Shown here one piece after another: positions 1-10,272 of a stretch of DNA of 32,000 nucleotides (its first letter is position 1; every line of letters begins with the position of its first letter). The DNA is from Pyrodictium abyssi (lineage in GTDB: Archaea; Thermoproteota; Thermoprotei_A; Sulfolobales; Pyrodictiaceae): positions 780,001 through 812,000 of the forward strand of contig NZ_AP028907.1 of the NCBI RefSeq assembly GCF_036323395.1, read 5' to 3'. The translations under genes and the position numbers were made by a program. Under the pieces are notes generated by a model, which ran no database searches, had not been told where the DNA came from, and saw only the letters and a list, made by a program, of their open reading frames with translations.

Positions 1-449
1 GCTCCAACAGGGCAGCCGCCACCACCTAGCGCTGTTGCCCAGAACTGACAGCCCGCCGCATAGGCCGCTGCCTCGAGGAACGCGAACACTAGAGCCAAGG
101 TACGCTGGGCGCCCATAAACACCTTACGATCACGGGGCCTAGTTAGATCCATCTCTATCAAGCCACCGCCCACAAGCACCTCAAGCACTATACCAGCTGT
201 CACTATAGGGCCTATACCGAGCGTCATAAGCGAGCCGAGATTCATACCCAGTATCAGCGAGGCGAGAGCCTGTGACTGTTGCTGCTGGTACCCTAGCACG
301 CCATATAGGGGTATTTCGCTCATAATTAGGTATAGTAGCACCACTATACCGGTCCATGCTAGCCTCGTTGGGAGAGGCGGGCGCCGGGCAGGTCTTTCCA
401 CCGCCGGGATATACCGCGAAACCGAGGCGAGAGCCTCCAGTACACCCAT
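1..449 (-). CDS. secY: Preprotein translocase SecY, N-terminal part (gene continues beyond the left window edge)
   Basis: Manual minus-strand translation from ATG at 449: MGVLEALASVSRYIPAVERP...LMTLGIGPIVTAGIVLEVLVGG, the conserved SecY TM2 region. It sits downstream of L15, as in the canonical L30-L15-SecY order. Absent from the ORF track because it is edge-truncated. Confidence 0.85.
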   Translation of the reverse strand, partial: MGVLEALASVSRYIPAVERPARRPPLPTRLAWTGIVVLLYLIMSEIPLYGVLGYQQQQSQALASLILGMNLGSLMTLGIGPIVTAGIVLEVLVGGGLIEMDLTRPRDRKVFMGAQRTLALVFAFLEAAAYAAGCQFWATALGGGGCPVG

Positions 450-580
450 TGCTGGCGTCGCCCCCAGGCCCAAAGCCAGCTCTCGCCCAGCTTTAAAGAG
501 CCACCGGCCAGCTCTGTAGCCGGCTAGCCGTCATCGCCGACCTACCGATCTCTAAAGGTGTATGACCAGCAACCATCATA

Positions 581-592
581 GACTATATAGTC
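581..592. repeat. Perfect 12-bp palindrome gactatatagtc in the L15-SecY spacer
   Basis: Read directly. The TATATA core could act as a TATA element on either strand. Function unknown. Confidence 0.6.
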
Positions 593-776
593 ACTTCAGG
601 ATAGCTGCTGGAGCCACGGGGAGACAGCAGAAACAATGACCCGTAGAGGATCAGTAACAACCCCCTACACGAGGTTAGGACGGAAAAGACCGGAACAGCC
701 CCGTAGTCAGAACATTAAAGCTGTACGAGCTAGGGCTACACTGACGGTTATGAGCCGGGGTTCAAAATACTGTGAC

Positions 777-1235
777 TCAGTCTTCTTCGCTACTGAGTAC
801 TACTACTTCGCCGCCGGCCTCCTTTATCTTGCGTATAGCGGATTCGCTGGCAGCCGGTACTATCACCTTCACTGGCTTCGATATGCGGCCGCGGCCTAGC
901 AGCTTGTTGTAGCCCAGGCTAGCCAGGTTTACCACTATCTTACCGCCTTCTTCGCTAGCCTTGCCCTCGCGCACCCACGTGTCCAGCTTCTCTGCTAGTT
1001 CACCCACGTTTATCTCGTTCACCTTTACCTCGTAGGTTAGCGGTCTGTTGAAGCCATGTTTGCCGAACCAGGTGGGAGCGTACTTTACTACCCATGTCCA
1101 CATGTGTTTGTGCATGCCAGCTGCGCCGAAGCCTCCGCGGCTACCGCTGCCACGGTGCTGGCCTATACGGCCCCAGCCCATTGTCCTAGTGCGGCCGCGT
1201 AGACGCCTACTCTTTTTCCTGCGACGGACGACCAC
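777..1235 (-). CDS. rpl15: 50S ribosomal protein L15 (uL15)
   Basis: RKKSRRLRGRTRTMGWGRIGQHRGSGSRGGFGAAGMHKH signature; operon position. Confidence 0.95.
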   Translation of the reverse strand: MVVRRRKKSRRLRGRTRTMGWGRIGQHRGSGSRGGFGAAGMHKHMWTWVVKYAPTWFGKHGFNRPLTYEVKVNEINVGELAEKLDTWVREGKASEEGGKIVVNLASLGYNKLLGRGRISKPVKVIVPAASESAIRKIKEAGGEVVVLSSEED

Positions 1236-1284
1236 TACTCAACACCCGGAGGCTATCCCGCTTCCTAGCCCGGGGATGCAGGTG

Positions 1285-1827
1285 TTAGAGCATTCTCTTT
1301 ATAAGCTCGTTTATGCCAGCACCCCGGTAGCCTAGCTCGCCGCCAGCACCGTATGGCTTCTTTATGCTGCCCTTGAAGCCCCCGCGCGGCGGGTGTAGCC
1401 TAAACACCGGCTTTATTATCCATATCTTGTTCTTCTTGTCGTAGAGCTTGTGCAGCATTATCTCTCCCTTTAGCAGCTTGTCGGCCAGCTCCTCTATGCC
1501 GCCCTGCAGTCCTAGCTTCTCGCGGACATACTCGTCTGTCAGTGGCTTGTTGCCGGCGACACGGCCACGGCGGCGTAGGAGCTCTATCAGTGTCCCGCGG
1601 TCTATCTCGCCCCAGGTTACCCAGTCCTTGACCTTGTGTATCATCCTGTCTATGCCGGGGAGCGTTGAGGGGTACAGTACTAGGTGGAATTTGCGGTGCA
1701 GCCTTAGCAGCGACAGTGTGTACTCTACGTCGGGGTGTACATCTACCCTGCCACGTATCCTGATGATCGCGTAGAGCTTTACCTGGCCCACCGGAGCTGC
1801 CTTCTGCTCCGCCGTCGCGACTGCCAT
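1285..1827 (-). CDS. rpl30: 50S ribosomal protein L30 (uL30)
   Basis: [31 protein letters not shown] matches the L30/L7e family. ATG at 1827 is preceded by a gaggtgga SD-like element and is preferred over the GTG at 1869 in the track. Confidence 0.92.
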   Translation of the reverse strand: MAVATAEQKAAPVGQVKLYAIIRIRGRVDVHPDVEYTLSLLRLHRKFHLVLYPSTLPGIDRMIHKVKDWVTWGEIDRGTLIELLRRRGRVAGNKPLTDEYVREKLGLQGGIEELADKLLKGEIMLHKLYDKKNKIWIIKPVFRLHPPRGGFKGSIKKPYGAGGELGYRGAGINELIKRML

Positions 1828-1943
1828 TTCTTCATCCACCTCTACGCGTGAAGATAACTGAGGGATCACCGCCTACCAGGCTTATCCGGGGAGGGGTCGC
1901 CGGGATGGATGCATAGATGGGGTTAAACACAAGTGTACGTAGG

Positions 1944-2597
1944 TTAGCCCTGGGCGGCCTGCACCCAGTCGATGGGTGTCACGAACTTGTAGGTCTGCTT
2001 TAGCGCGTTATAGGTAGCCTTCACGAAGTTCAGCGTCGTCCTGGTGTCGCCACGTGTGAAGCTCCATACGTCCTGTATACCAGCCATCCGTAGCACTACC
2101 TTGGCCGCGTCGCCCGCTACTAGCCCTGTCCCACGAGGTGCTGGCTTGAGGACTACCTCTACGCTACCGCTCTTGCCGCGTACAGTGAATGGTACACTGT
2201 GCGGCTGGTCACATAGACACTCCCAGCTGCCGCAGCCACGGCGTACCGGTATGACGTTGAGCTTTGCATTGCGGATAGCCTTCTCTATCGCAGGACGGAG
2301 CTGCCGTGCCTTACCCTGGCCTACGCCCACAAAGCCGTTCTCGTTGCCTATCACCACTACTACGCGGAACTTGTTTACGCGGCCGGCGTCGGTCATCTTT
2401 TGCACTAGCCTTACGTCTACAGTCTCGCTCTTAAGCTCCGGGCCTATCAGGTAGTCTACTATCTCCGGCTCTAGTATCGGCAAATTACGCTCGAATATCT
2501 CGCTGAGGCTGCGTATGCGGCCCTCCTTTACCAGCCTCCCTACGAACGTACGTGGCTTCCACTCCTGCTCAAGCTCGTAGGGCGAGAGGCTCATCAC
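1944..2597 (-). CDS. rps5: 30S ribosomal protein S5 (uS5)
   Basis: [19 protein letters not shown] and the C-terminal S5 domain; operon position. Confidence 0.95.
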   Translation of the reverse strand: MMSLSPYELEQEWKPRTFVGRLVKEGRIRSLSEIFERNLPILEPEIVDYLIGPELKSETVDVRLVQKMTDAGRVNKFRVVVVIGNENGFVGVGQGKARQLRPAIEKAIRNAKLNVIPVRRGCGSWECLCDQPHSVPFTVRGKSGSVEVVLKPAPRGTGLVAGDAAKVVLRMAGIQDVWSFTRGDTRTTLNFVKATYNALKQTYKFVTPIDWVQAAQG

Positions 2598-3229
2598 GCA
2601 ACAGCCTCCTTAGCAGCCTTTACCTTCTCAACAACATCACGGTAGTCTTCTAGTATTTTACTCTTAACCTCCTCAAAATGCTTAGGCAGATCCTCGGGAC
2701 GCAGGCCCCTCTTCAGGTACAGGCTGAATCTGCGCTCGTAGAGCTCCGGGTTCTCCTGGGCAAGCATAGCAGCGTACTTGGCTATGTGCTCGCCACGTAT
2801 TCTGTACTCCTCTGGGAGTATCTCTTCGCTATGAGGCACCTCGAGACCAGCGTCCACCGCTCCCTTTAGGGCCGCGAACACGCGGGAGCCACGTACCGGC
2901 CGGTGCAGCCCTATGTCGAGTACCGCGTAGCCTATACCAGCCTTGAGCGCACGCAGAGCAGCGAGCATACCAGTTAGGTAGGCAGCCGACGTATTCTTTG
3001 TGCCGCCTAGCCAGCCATAGCGCTTCACAAGCTCCCTGCTATGCGCTGCAGCAATAGTCACGTCTCCCTGCGGCTTAGCTATTATGACTTGCACCCAGAT
3101 GTACTTGTTTGTCCTCCTGACTACAAGTCTAGGCTTACCAGAGAGCACCATGACGTAGCGCTTATAGTAGTTGGTCTTGCCCTCTCTACGCCGCCTTCTC
3201 GGCACCTTATATCTTGGTCCATGGGCCAT
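2594..3229 (-). CDS. rpl18: 50S ribosomal protein L18 (uL18/L5e)
   Basis: N-terminus [24 protein letters not shown]; 4-nt overlap with rps5. Confidence 0.95.
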   Translation of the reverse strand: MAHGPRYKVPRRRRREGKTNYYKRYVMVLSGKPRLVVRRTNKYIWVQVIIAKPQGDVTIAAAHSRELVKRYGWLGGTKNTSAAYLTGMLAALRALKAGIGYAVLDIGLHRPVRGSRVFAALKGAVDAGLEVPHSEEILPEEYRIRGEHIAKYAAMLAQENPELYERRFSLYLKRGLRPEDLPKHFEEVKSKILEDYRDVVEKVKAAKEAVA

Positions 3230-3492
3230 GTTGGTCCACCAGCCCTAGCCGCGTACCCGGTGCGGAGAAGCCCAGCACCACGCTCCCTTAATAAATACAA
3301 ATTGTAGAGGCACCGAGGATAACCCAGCAAGCACCCCTCTATACCAGAGAGCCTTTGCCCCGTATGCCGGTGGCACAGAGAGCCGAGAAGAAAGCTACCC
3401 TGCCAGCCGCGGGACCAGGGAGAGGAGGATGCACGCTCTGGGCGGGTAGTCTGGCCGCATAAACAAGCCTAGGCGGAGGATAACTGCTAAAG
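3230..3492. other. 263-nt non-coding spacer between rpl19e and rpl18, with an AT-rich box (3289-3302) that could be an internal promoter
   Basis: No credible ORF; track ORFs 3121..3330 and 3339..3551 are low-complexity and overlap real genes. The minus strand reads tttgtatttattaaggg about 60 nt upstream of the rpl18 ATG. Confidence 0.4.
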
Positions 3493-3957
3493 CTACTTTC
3501 TGACGCTAGTTGGGTAGCCGTGCTCCTCCAGCCAGCGCCTAAGTGAGGCAAACGTCGGAAACATGCCGCCCTTCGCCCACATGTATAGCTTTCGGTAGGT
3601 CCTACGGTCTATCACACCGTGGTCGCGCAGGTAACGGAGATACCTCCTCATCTTGCGTATCCTGTGCATCCACTCCTCCTTGGGGTCACGCCTAGCACTT
3701 GCATCGCCCTTACGCCTGCCATAGCCGCGGTGCCTGCCCTTCTTACGGGCCTCGTGGCGCTCACGCCAACGGCCACGAGATGGGCTGTGCTTCGGCTTGA
3801 CCCTTATCACACCCTCCTTGATGAGGCGGCGTATCTCCTCCCTCGTTATAGCACTAGCCACGTCATCTAGCCGAGTAGGGTCTATCCATATCCTCGACTC
3901 GCCTACACCCAGTATCTCTGCCGCAAGCCTACGCTGCATGGATAGGTCCTGCGCCAC
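3493..3957 (-). CDS. rpl19e: 50S ribosomal protein L19e
   Basis: [27 protein letters not shown]...[13 protein letters not shown]; archaeal/eukaryotic L19e. Confidence 0.95.
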   Translation of the reverse strand: MAQDLSMQRRLAAEILGVGESRIWIDPTRLDDVASAITREEIRRLIKEGVIRVKPKHSPSRGRWRERHEARKKGRHRGYGRRKGDASARRDPKEEWMHRIRKMRRYLRYLRDHGVIDRRTYRKLYMWAKGGMFPTFASLRRWLEEHGYPTSVRK

Positions 3958-4035
3958 TTCTAGGCCACCTCACAGGCCTCTTCCTCGCCCCTAGGAGGCC
4001 AGGACAAACGTCCGCGGGTATAAGAAACGAAATGC

Positions 4036-4422
4036 CTACGCGTTGGCCACCTTGAAGCCCTTTGCACGCGCCTTCTCTAGTATCTGCTGCCGCTTCCTAA
4101 GCCCCACACCAGCCGCAATGTACACTATGTGCCTCGCCGGGTCTAGCTTGTCTAGCTCAGCAGGACTGCAGACACGCACTGGCTCAAGTCCTGTCGGGTG
4201 CAGCCCCCGTACGGCAGCCGGAGCCCTGTACCCGACATCCACTACTGCTGGCCTACCCTTTAGCCTCAGCCTCATTGGGTTGTCTATACCCTTAGGCTTA
4301 CGCCACTTGGGGTCGTTCTTGAACTTAGGGAACTTCCACCACAGCGTGCGCAGGAACTCAGGCTTCTTCGACTTTAGCTTCCGCCTAACCTGGAGGAGCC
4401 TCTCTATATCCCGGCGCTCCAT
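4036..4422 (-). CDS. rpl32e: 50S ribosomal protein L32e
   Basis: KFKNDPKWRKPKGIDNPMRLRLKGRP...VGYRAP motif set. Confidence 0.93.
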   Translation of the reverse strand: MERRDIERLLQVRRKLKSKKPEFLRTLWWKFPKFKNDPKWRKPKGIDNPMRLRLKGRPAVVDVGYRAPAAVRGLHPTGLEPVRVCSPAELDKLDPARHIVYIAAGVGLRKRQQILEKARAKGFKVANA

Positions 4423-4982
4423 TATTCAGCCACCCCCTTCTCGTATATGTAGACGCCGTCTACGAAAACACGCCTATCCTTACCCTTTACCTTTGTAGCA
4501 AGCTCTATGTTGGCAGCCGTCTGGCCTACAGCCTCTATGTCGATGCCCTCGACTATCACATCATCCTTCTGAACCTTTACAGTAACACCCGGCATTATTC
4601 TCGCTATACGCGGTGCCTTCTCGCCGAGGAAGTTCTCTATAACCACCTTGTCGCCCTGCACCTTAACCGTTACAGGGAAGTGAGAGAACACTATCTTCAG
4701 CTTATACCGGTAGCCCTTAGTGACGCCCGTTATCATGTTATCAATATGAGATGCAATAGTGCCTACGAGGGCCTTGAGCCTCCTATTCGCGAAGTACGCC
4801 TCTACTACTACCTTCTTACCCTCCTCGTCCTCATCAACCCTTATGATTATGCCGCGAGCGTGCGAGAAGTCGCGTGTCAGCTCACCCTTAGGCCCGCGAA
4901 CAGTTACCTTCATACCGTCTATGCTTACCTCTACGCCCTCCGGTATAGGCACCTCCTCTGCCACATGTACAAGCTTAGCCAT
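4422..4982 (-). CDS. rpl6: 50S ribosomal protein L6 (uL6)
   Basis: Two-domain L6 pattern ([35 protein letters not shown]...). ATG at 4982 preferred to the upstream extension in the track. Confidence 0.93.
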   Translation of the reverse strand: MAKLVHVAEEVPIPEGVEVSIDGMKVTVRGPKGELTRDFSHARGIIIRVDEDEEGKKVVVEAYFANRRLKALVGTIASHIDNMITGVTKGYRYKLKIVFSHFPVTVKVQGDKVVIENFLGEKAPRIARIMPGVTVKVQKDDVIVEGIDIEAVGQTAANIELATKVKGKDRRVFVDGVYIYEKGVAE

Positions 4983-5122
4983 CCTACCGCACACCTCTTC
5001 TCTACCGCACAGATGCAGCGACGGGCACACGTTGTATCGCTGCTACCCCCTACGCGCGGAGGCTATCACAAACCCAGGAGCTGGCAGCAAAACCAGGCAG
5101 CGTAAAATTAGGTGTTGCCTGG

Positions 5123-5524
5123 CTAGTAGACATAGGCTAGCAGCACGCCACCTATCTTACGCTCTAGTGCCTCACGATGCGACATTACTCCCTGGCTCGT
5201 CGACAGTATCAGTATACCTATGTCTCGGCTTGGCAGGTACTTGCGGAGCCAGTCTGGCATCCTTATCAGATCACTGTACTTGACCGAATACCTCGGCTTG
5301 ATTACGCCCGCCTTGTTTATGCGGCCCAGAAGCCTTACGCGTATCTTACCCCAGCGACCGTCATCTATGTACTCGAATTCACCTATGTAGCCCTCACGCT
5401 GCATCACACGGAGTACATTGGCTATTAGCTTCGATGCCGGCATTATGACTACTTCAGGCTTAGCGCGCATCTCTGCATTCACTATAGCCGCCATAGCATT
5501 CGCAAGTGTATCAAGCATGACCAT
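5123..5524 (-). CDS. rps8: 30S ribosomal protein S8 (uS8)
   Basis: [20 protein letters not shown]...[14 protein letters not shown]. Confidence 0.95.
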   Translation of the reverse strand: MVMLDTLANAMAAIVNAEMRAKPEVVIMPASKLIANVLRVMQREGYIGEFEYIDDGRWGKIRVRLLGRINKAGVIKPRYSVKYSDLIRMPDWLRKYLPSRDIGILILSTSQGVMSHREALERKIGGVLLAYVY

Positions 5525-5550
5525 GCATGCCCACCTCCACCCGCTCTTGG

Positions 5551-5715
5551 CTACGTGTACTTGCGGAAGCCTAGGCTAACTGCTAGCTCGCGGAAGCACT
5601 GGCGGCAGAGCATCAGCCCATACTTCTTTATCACAGCATCGTGGCTGCCACAGCGCTGACACTTGTAGGCGCCCCTACCGTACTTTACCACTCTAGGCGG
5701 CCTGTACTTCCCCAT
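5551..5715 (-). CDS. rps14: 30S ribosomal protein S14 type Z (uS14, zinc-binding), 54 aa
   Basis: Manual translation: [54 protein letters not shown], with a CxxC...CxxC zinc knuckle. Sits between rpl5 and rps8. Below the ORF-track size cutoff. Confidence 0.88.
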   Translation of the reverse strand: MGKYRPPRVVKYGRGAYKCQRCGSHDAVIKKYGLMLCRQCFRELAVSLGFRKYT

Positions 5716-5748
5716 AGCCGGGCACCCCCGGATCTAGGAGCCTGCACA

Positions 5749-6363
5749 CTACTTAGGCTCTATAACTACTCCGAACATTTCGTGTAGAAGCACCATGGAC
5801 TCTTCCTTGGTCACACGGTGACGCCTTGGTATTCTACTGCGGGCGCGTCTTCTCCTGGCAATTCTGTAGCCTGGCCTCTCTATGGTTACTACGACGTCCA
5901 TGCCAAACACACCAATCTCTGGGTCGTAGCGTACACCTGGTATCGTTATGTGCTCCTTTATACCGAAGGCTACGTTGCCGAATTCGTCGAACTGGCTAGC
6001 CTTTAGCTTGTTTCCGACAGCCTGGAACGCCTTACGTAGGAACTCTATCGCTTTCTCGCGGCGTAGGGTCACTACCGCCGCTATGGGCTCGCCCTTCCTA
6101 ATACCAAAGTCACGTATAGTCCTCTTGGCCCTGCGGACCGATGGTTTCTGGCCAGTTAGCATCTCTAGGACGCGTATGGCCTTCTGAAGCCTCTCACCCG
6201 ACTCGCCTACACCTATGTTCACAGTGACCTTGACTAGACGCGGCTTAAGCATTGGGTTCTGCTCCCAGCGCTTCTTGATGGCCTCTATCTCTTCCTGCGA
6301 TAGCGGCAGCGGGGATATCGGCTGCTGAGCCACCGGTGTGTAGCTAAAGTAGCTCATTTCCAT
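5749..6363 (-). CDS. rpl5: 50S ribosomal protein L5 (uL5)
   Basis: [20 protein letters not shown]...[10 protein letters not shown] family pattern. Start could be the ATG at 6363 or at 6357. Confidence 0.93.
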   Translation of the reverse strand: MEMSYFSYTPVAQQPISPLPLSQEEIEAIKKRWEQNPMLKPRLVKVTVNIGVGESGERLQKAIRVLEMLTGQKPSVRRAKRTIRDFGIRKGEPIAAVVTLRREKAIEFLRKAFQAVGNKLKASQFDEFGNVAFGIKEHITIPGVRYDPEIGVFGMDVVVTIERPGYRIARRRRARSRIPRRHRVTKEESMVLLHEMFGVVIEPK

Positions 6364-7124
6364 GCACCCTCCGGGAGGCTTATCCAGGGCTCCTCCTCAG
6401 GCGGAGCAATTACGAAGACGTAATCGAGGCTAGTCTGAAGCTTCTCCCCGCGCGCGTCCTCCAGCGTGACTATACTTCCCTTGCGGCCAACACCACGCTG
6501 TATAGACACTATCCTGCCCACACGGCCGACGTTGCGGCCGCCGAATACTATGGCGAGGCTGCCTACCTCGAGAGGCGCGTAGCCTAGCAGCTCCTGCTGC
6601 GGCACTGTGATCTTCACTGTGCCGAGGGTGCGGTAGTCCTTAGCCTCAACGGGGTTTGTCGGGTCGGAGACGCGTATGAGCACGTTACGGCCGTCGTGGA
6701 GATGTAGCTGTATGTGGCCTCCCTTCACGGTGGACTTGTCCTCTACGCGCCCTAGCTTGAAGCCTGCTTCCTCCTTGGATATCGGGTGTAGCGTGAAGAA
6801 GCGTACCGGGTACGGGAGCACCCTGTAGGCTTCGCCGGTGTCAACTATCTCTATCACGTCCATGAAGCCTACCGGGTACTTGTAGTTCCTCCTAACCCTG
6901 CCGTCGATCTTGAAGTGTCCCTCAGCAATCAGCTTACGGGCCTCCCGGCCGGTCTTGGCATAGCCTAGCACATCTCTTACTAGTATTAGCAGCGGTATAG
7001 ACCTCTCTATAGGGTGCGGGCCAGGCGACGGCTTTACAGTGAATACCCCAGCACGCTGACGCACTGGCCAGAACTTTGGAGCAGCTAGAGTTCTTAGGTG
7101 CCTACGTCCACCCATCCTAGCCAT
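6354..7124 (-). CDS. rps4e: 30S ribosomal protein S4e
   Basis: [17 protein letters not shown]...[12 protein letters not shown] pattern. Confidence 0.95.
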   Translation of the reverse strand: MARMGGRRHLRTLAAPKFWPVRQRAGVFTVKPSPGPHPIERSIPLLILVRDVLGYAKTGREARKLIAEGHFKIDGRVRRNYKYPVGFMDVIEIVDTGEAYRVLPYPVRFFTLHPISKEEAGFKLGRVEDKSTVKGGHIQLHLHDGRNVLIRVSDPTNPVEAKDYRTLGTVKITVPQQELLGYAPLEVGSLAIVFGGRNVGRVGRIVSIQRGVGRKGSIVTLEDARGEKLQTSLDYVFVIAPPEEEPWISLPEGAWK

Positions 7125-7155
7125 ACCATGCCACCCCTAGCGCGACTCCCATTTG

Positions 7156-7596
7156 CTACTGGGCCTCAGGCTTCTGGCCCCCTATAGACCCCTCTCCTCC
7201 ACGAAGGAGCGCAAGCTGTATCTCGCGCTGTTTGCGCTTACGCTCTATTATCTCGCGGCGCCGCTTGTCCTCTAGGTTTAGTGACACTATCATTACCTTA
7301 GAGGGGTGTATCGGGTAGTAGCGTGGCTCTCCGCGAGCATTGTTTATCGTGGCACCCTCTACGTATATCCTCATGCGGCGCAGGTCAACACGCACCACTT
7401 TGCCCTTGTGGCCCCTAAAGTCGCCCCTCATCACGACGACTTCGTCACCTACGCGCACCGGCAGGCTCCGTATCCCGTACTGTTTGCGAAGCTCTGGGCT
7501 AAGGAGCGCCGCCATGAGCTTCTGTCTCTTGTGCAGCGGCGCGTTGAAGAGCGCTTTTCTCTGCTTCCGGGGCTGGCTTGACTTAACCCAGCGCAT
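7156..7596 (-). CDS. rpl24: 50S ribosomal protein L24 (uL24)
   Basis: KOW motif [24 protein letters not shown]. Confidence 0.93.
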   Translation of the reverse strand: MRWVKSSQPRKQRKALFNAPLHKRQKLMAALLSPELRKQYGIRSLPVRVGDEVVVMRGDFRGHKGKVVRVDLRRMRIYVEGATINNARGEPRYYPIHPSKVMIVSLNLEDKRRREIIERKRKQREIQLALLRGGEGSIGGQKPEAQ

Positions 7597-7669
7597 CCTA
7601 CTGCACCCATCCTGTCCACGAGTTCGTTACAGATGAGTTCAAAACGTTAAGCTGATAAACAGCCTAGGG

Positions 7670-8086
7670 CTATATTATTATGCTAGCTATGTTGGCTACT
7701 CTTGGCCAGCGCTCGGCAGCCTCGCGTGCAACCGGGCCACGTATCTCGCTGCCCTTTGGCGCTCCATCCTGGCTTACTATCACTACCGCGTTGTCCTCGA
7801 AAGCTATCCAGGTGCCGTCAGGCCTGCGATACGGCCTCCTCTGCCTTATCACTATAGCGCGTGTTACCTGCTTCCTCATCTCCGGGGTACCCTTCTTCAC
7901 CGTCACCACAACCATGTCGCCGACAGTCGCTGGCGGTATTCTGCGCAGGCGACCGTGGTACCCTATGACGCCTATTATCATAGCCTCCTTGGCGCCGCTG
8001 TTATCGGCTACACGCACATAGCTGCCTACTTGTAGACCCGCAGGTATGTGCCTCCTGGGGCCCGCACTAGCTCCGCCCTTCGGCAT
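7670..8086 (-). CDS. rpl14: 50S ribosomal protein L14 (uL14)
   Basis: [15 protein letters not shown]...FEDNAVVIV pattern. Confidence 0.95.
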   Translation of the reverse strand: MPKGGASAGPRRHIPAGLQVGSYVRVADNSGAKEAMIIGVIGYHGRLRRIPPATVGDMVVVTVKKGTPEMRKQVTRAIVIRQRRPYRRPDGTWIAFEDNAVVIVSQDGAPKGSEIRGPVAREAAERWPRVANIASIII

Positions 8087-8168
8087 AGCAGCTCTACACC
8101 CCGAGCGCTCGGAGAAACACGCTTAGAGTTATTTAAGCGGTAGCAAGAGGCTTCCTTGACGCGTCTTA

Positions 8169-8519
8169 TTAGCTCATTGGCTTCTTGCCTACTATCCCTA
8201 GTACTACGAAGTGTACCGTCTTCGCTAGCGGCCTGGTCTCGCCTATCACTACAACGTCTCCGGGCTGCGCGTTTATACACGGCGGGTTGTGTGCGTGTAT
8301 CCTGCTCCTCCTCTTCTCGTACCTCTTGTACTTTCTATCGTAGTACACGTACTCGCGCTCGACTACCACTGTGTTCTTCATCTTAGCCTTTATCACGGTC
8401 CCGGTTAGCACGAGGCCGCGGACCCTCACACTACCGTGCCATGGACACTTCGGGTCATTGCATGTCTTCTCGGGTGGGTTGACGCCAGGTATACCTACGT
8501 TTCTTACCCGCACGGACAA
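8169..8519 (-). CDS. rps17: 30S ribosomal protein S17 (uS17)
   Basis: VRNVGIPGVNPPEKTCNDPKCPWHGSVRVRG pattern. The exact start is uncertain: codon 8519 is TTG and a GTG lies 6 nt downstream. Confidence 0.9.
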   Translation of the reverse strand: MSVRVRNVGIPGVNPPEKTCNDPKCPWHGSVRVRGLVLTGTVIKAKMKNTVVVEREYVYYDRKYKRYEKRRSRIHAHNPPCINAQPGDVVVIGETRPLAKTVHFVVLGIVGKKPMS

Positions 8520-8814
8520 GCCATCCGACCCCCTTGTACCTCTCTAGCCGCCTAAGACGCTCGGGCTGCACTCCCGGTATTTCTTCTCCTCGTACAACAA
8601 CCCACGTGCCGTCGGGCAACTGGACTAGAAATATAGCGTTTGCTTTAGAGGCCCAGACTGTGCCACCAAGGCTTCTCCGGACTAGGAGTCCCCGGCGTGT
8701 CTCAAGCAGAACAGTGCCCTCGAGGCCACGGAGCACAGGATCTGGGTGGAGGAGTACACGTACCCGGAGACCTACAAGTGTGTGGAAAACTATGTTCCAC
8801 TCTGTATGCTTCAA
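8455..8814 (-). CDS. rnp1: RNase P protein component 1 (Rpp29/Pop4 family)
   Basis: HTLVGLRVRVLLHPDPVLRGLEGTVLLETRRGLLV, an Sm-like Rpp29 core. Canonical position between rpl29 and rps17. ATGA overlap with the rpl29 stop. Confidence 0.8.
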   Translation of the reverse strand: MKHTEWNIVFHTLVGLRVRVLLHPDPVLRGLEGTVLLETRRGLLVRRSLGGTVWASKANAIFLVQLPDGTWVVVRGEEIPGVQPERLRRLERYKGVGWLVRAGKKRRYTWRQPTREDMQ

Positions 8815-9041
8815 GCCTTGCTGCCCGTCTTGCGCTGCTTTAGCTCCTCTTCACGCATAACGGTTAGTATCCTGGCTATGGTCTTCCTTATGGCACGTAT
8901 GGCGCCCGGGTTCTCCAGAGTACCTACTACTGCCTTTAGGCGCAGCTTTACCAGCTCCTCTTGGAGCTCTTCAAGCTTCTTGAGCCTCTCCTCGGGGCTC
9001 ATCTTGCGTATGTCCTCTGTCTTTATCATGTACTTGGCCAC
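8811..9041 (-). CDS. rpl29: 50S ribosomal protein L29 (uL29)
   Basis: EDIRKMSPEERLKKLEELQEELVKLR. Confidence 0.9.
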   Translation of the reverse strand: MAKYMIKTEDIRKMSPEERLKKLEELQEELVKLRLKAVVGTLENPGAIRAIRKTIARILTVMREEELKQRKTGSKA

Positions 9042-9088
9042 GGTGCTTCACCCCTTCACCTTGTCGTGGTTCGGGAAGTGTACTGGAG

Positions 9089-9799
9089 TTATGCTCCCCG
9101 TTCCTTGGCCTCTTCAGGGCTAGCTTCCTTTAGCTTCTCTGCCTCAGCCGCGCGCTGCCTCTCTAGCTCCTCGCGTATCTCCTCAATGAACTCCTTTGCC
9201 TCCTCGGGCTGCTTGACGCGGACATAGTCGCTGGGCTTTGCAGGCTTAACTATTGTCACCTCTATGCCGAAGACACCGGGTTTCAGTGTTATGTGCATTA
9301 CAGCCTTATCGACCATGTACTCTACCTGGTTGCCGGTAGAGTAGACCTTGCCTACGCGCACCTTCTCGTAACGAGCCCTCTCTGTACGCAGCTTACCGCT
9401 GATAATTATCTGCGCGCCTATGGCCCCCGCGTTCATTATGCGGCGAGCCATGACGTTAGCTACACGGCGGTAGTAGGCGCCCCTCTCGAGGAACACCGCT
9501 ATCCTGGACGCCACGACACGTGCATTTAGATCGGGGTTCTCTACACGGCGCACTGTTATCTGCGGGTTCTGTAGGCCGAACTGCTGCTCGAATATAGCGG
9601 CTAGCTGGCGTATGGTTTCGCCTCTCCGGCCGATGATCATTGCCGGGCGCTCAGCGTCTATGAAGACCTTCGTGCCGAGTGGGAACTGGATTATCTGTAC
9701 ACCAGCGTAGCCTGCGCGGTAGAACCGCTTTGCTAGGTACTCGTCTATCTTAGTCTGTGCTATCGCCTTCTTGATGAAGTGCCTCTTTATGAGCACCAT
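9089..9799 (-). CDS. rps3: 30S ribosomal protein S3 (uS3)
   Basis: KH-domain region ERPAMIIGRRGETIRQL plus an acidic/basic C-terminal tail. Confidence 0.95.
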   Translation of the reverse strand: MVLIKRHFIKKAIAQTKIDEYLAKRFYRAGYAGVQIIQFPLGTKVFIDAERPAMIIGRRGETIRQLAAIFEQQFGLQNPQITVRRVENPDLNARVVASRIAVFLERGAYYRRVANVMARRIMNAGAIGAQIIISGKLRTERARYEKVRVGKVYSTGNQVEYMVDKAVMHITLKPGVFGIEVTIVKPAKPSDYVRVKQPEEAKEFIEEIREELERQRAAEAEKLKEASPEEAKERGA

Positions 9800-9801
9800 G
9801 G

Positions 9802-10272
9802 TTACTCTTCCTCCGCGACTACTATCTCGATGTGGCTATACTTCTTGAACCTGGGGGTTGAGCGGCCGAAGGCGCGTGGCATCCACCTCTTGAGAATGCG
9901 GCCCTTGTGTACAGCTATATGTACGATGCGTAGCTTCTCCGCGTCGAGGCCCTTAACCTCGGCATTGTTGGCTGCGTTCTCGAGCAGCTTGAGCAGTATG
10001 CGAGCCGCTTTGACCGGGTAGCGTCCTATCGGCCACTTGTACTTGGCGGCGAGCCCGCGGTGGTGGGCCTGCTTCCTCGCGTACCTGCGGACCGGTATCG
10101 GCTCCTCGCCCGCTGCTACACGCTCTAGGAGCTTACGTGCCTCGTCCAGCTTCATACCGCGTATGACACGGGCTAGCTCGACTATCTTCTTGTAGGATAT
10201 CGGCGCATCCCACATCATTGCCTTAGCTGAGCGCTCCTCGTCAACCCGTACCGAGTAATGCCATGTTGGCAA
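9802..10272 (-). CDS. rpl22: 50S ribosomal protein L22 (uL22)
   Basis: WHYSVRVDEERSAKAMMWDAPISYKKIVELARVIRGM pattern. The only in-frame start after the upstream stop (10291-10293) is TTG at 10272, preceded by gaggtgg. Confidence 0.92.
   Translation of the reverse strand: MPTWHYSVRVDEERSAKAMMWDAPISYKKIVELARVIRGMKLDEARKLLERVAAGEEPIPVRRYARKQAHHRGLAAKYKWPIGRYPVKAARILLKLLENAANNAEVKGLDAEKLRIVHIAVHKGRILKRWMPRAFGRSTPRFKKYSHIEIVVAEEE

Noticed and set aside
745-775. Possible tRNA T-arm (ggggttcaaaatac); also ttcgaatc near 22615
   Set aside because: Flanking bases do not form a T-stem or an acceptor stem. The second site is AT-rich coding sequence of the 53-aa ORF region. No tRNA is supported anywhere in the window.
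636-899. Plus-strand 87-aa ORF spanning the L15-SecY spacer and the rpl15 3' end
   Set aside because: It overlaps rpl15 antisense, has odd composition (Tyr/Ala/Arg runs) and lacks translation signals.
3121-3551. Minus-strand ORFs 3121..3330 and 3339..3551 in the L19e-L18 spacer
   Set aside because: Each overlaps a genuine ribosomal gene end out of frame. Composition is low-complexity (Ala/Arg/Gly/Pro) and neither has an SD or recognisable motifs. Treated as non-coding.
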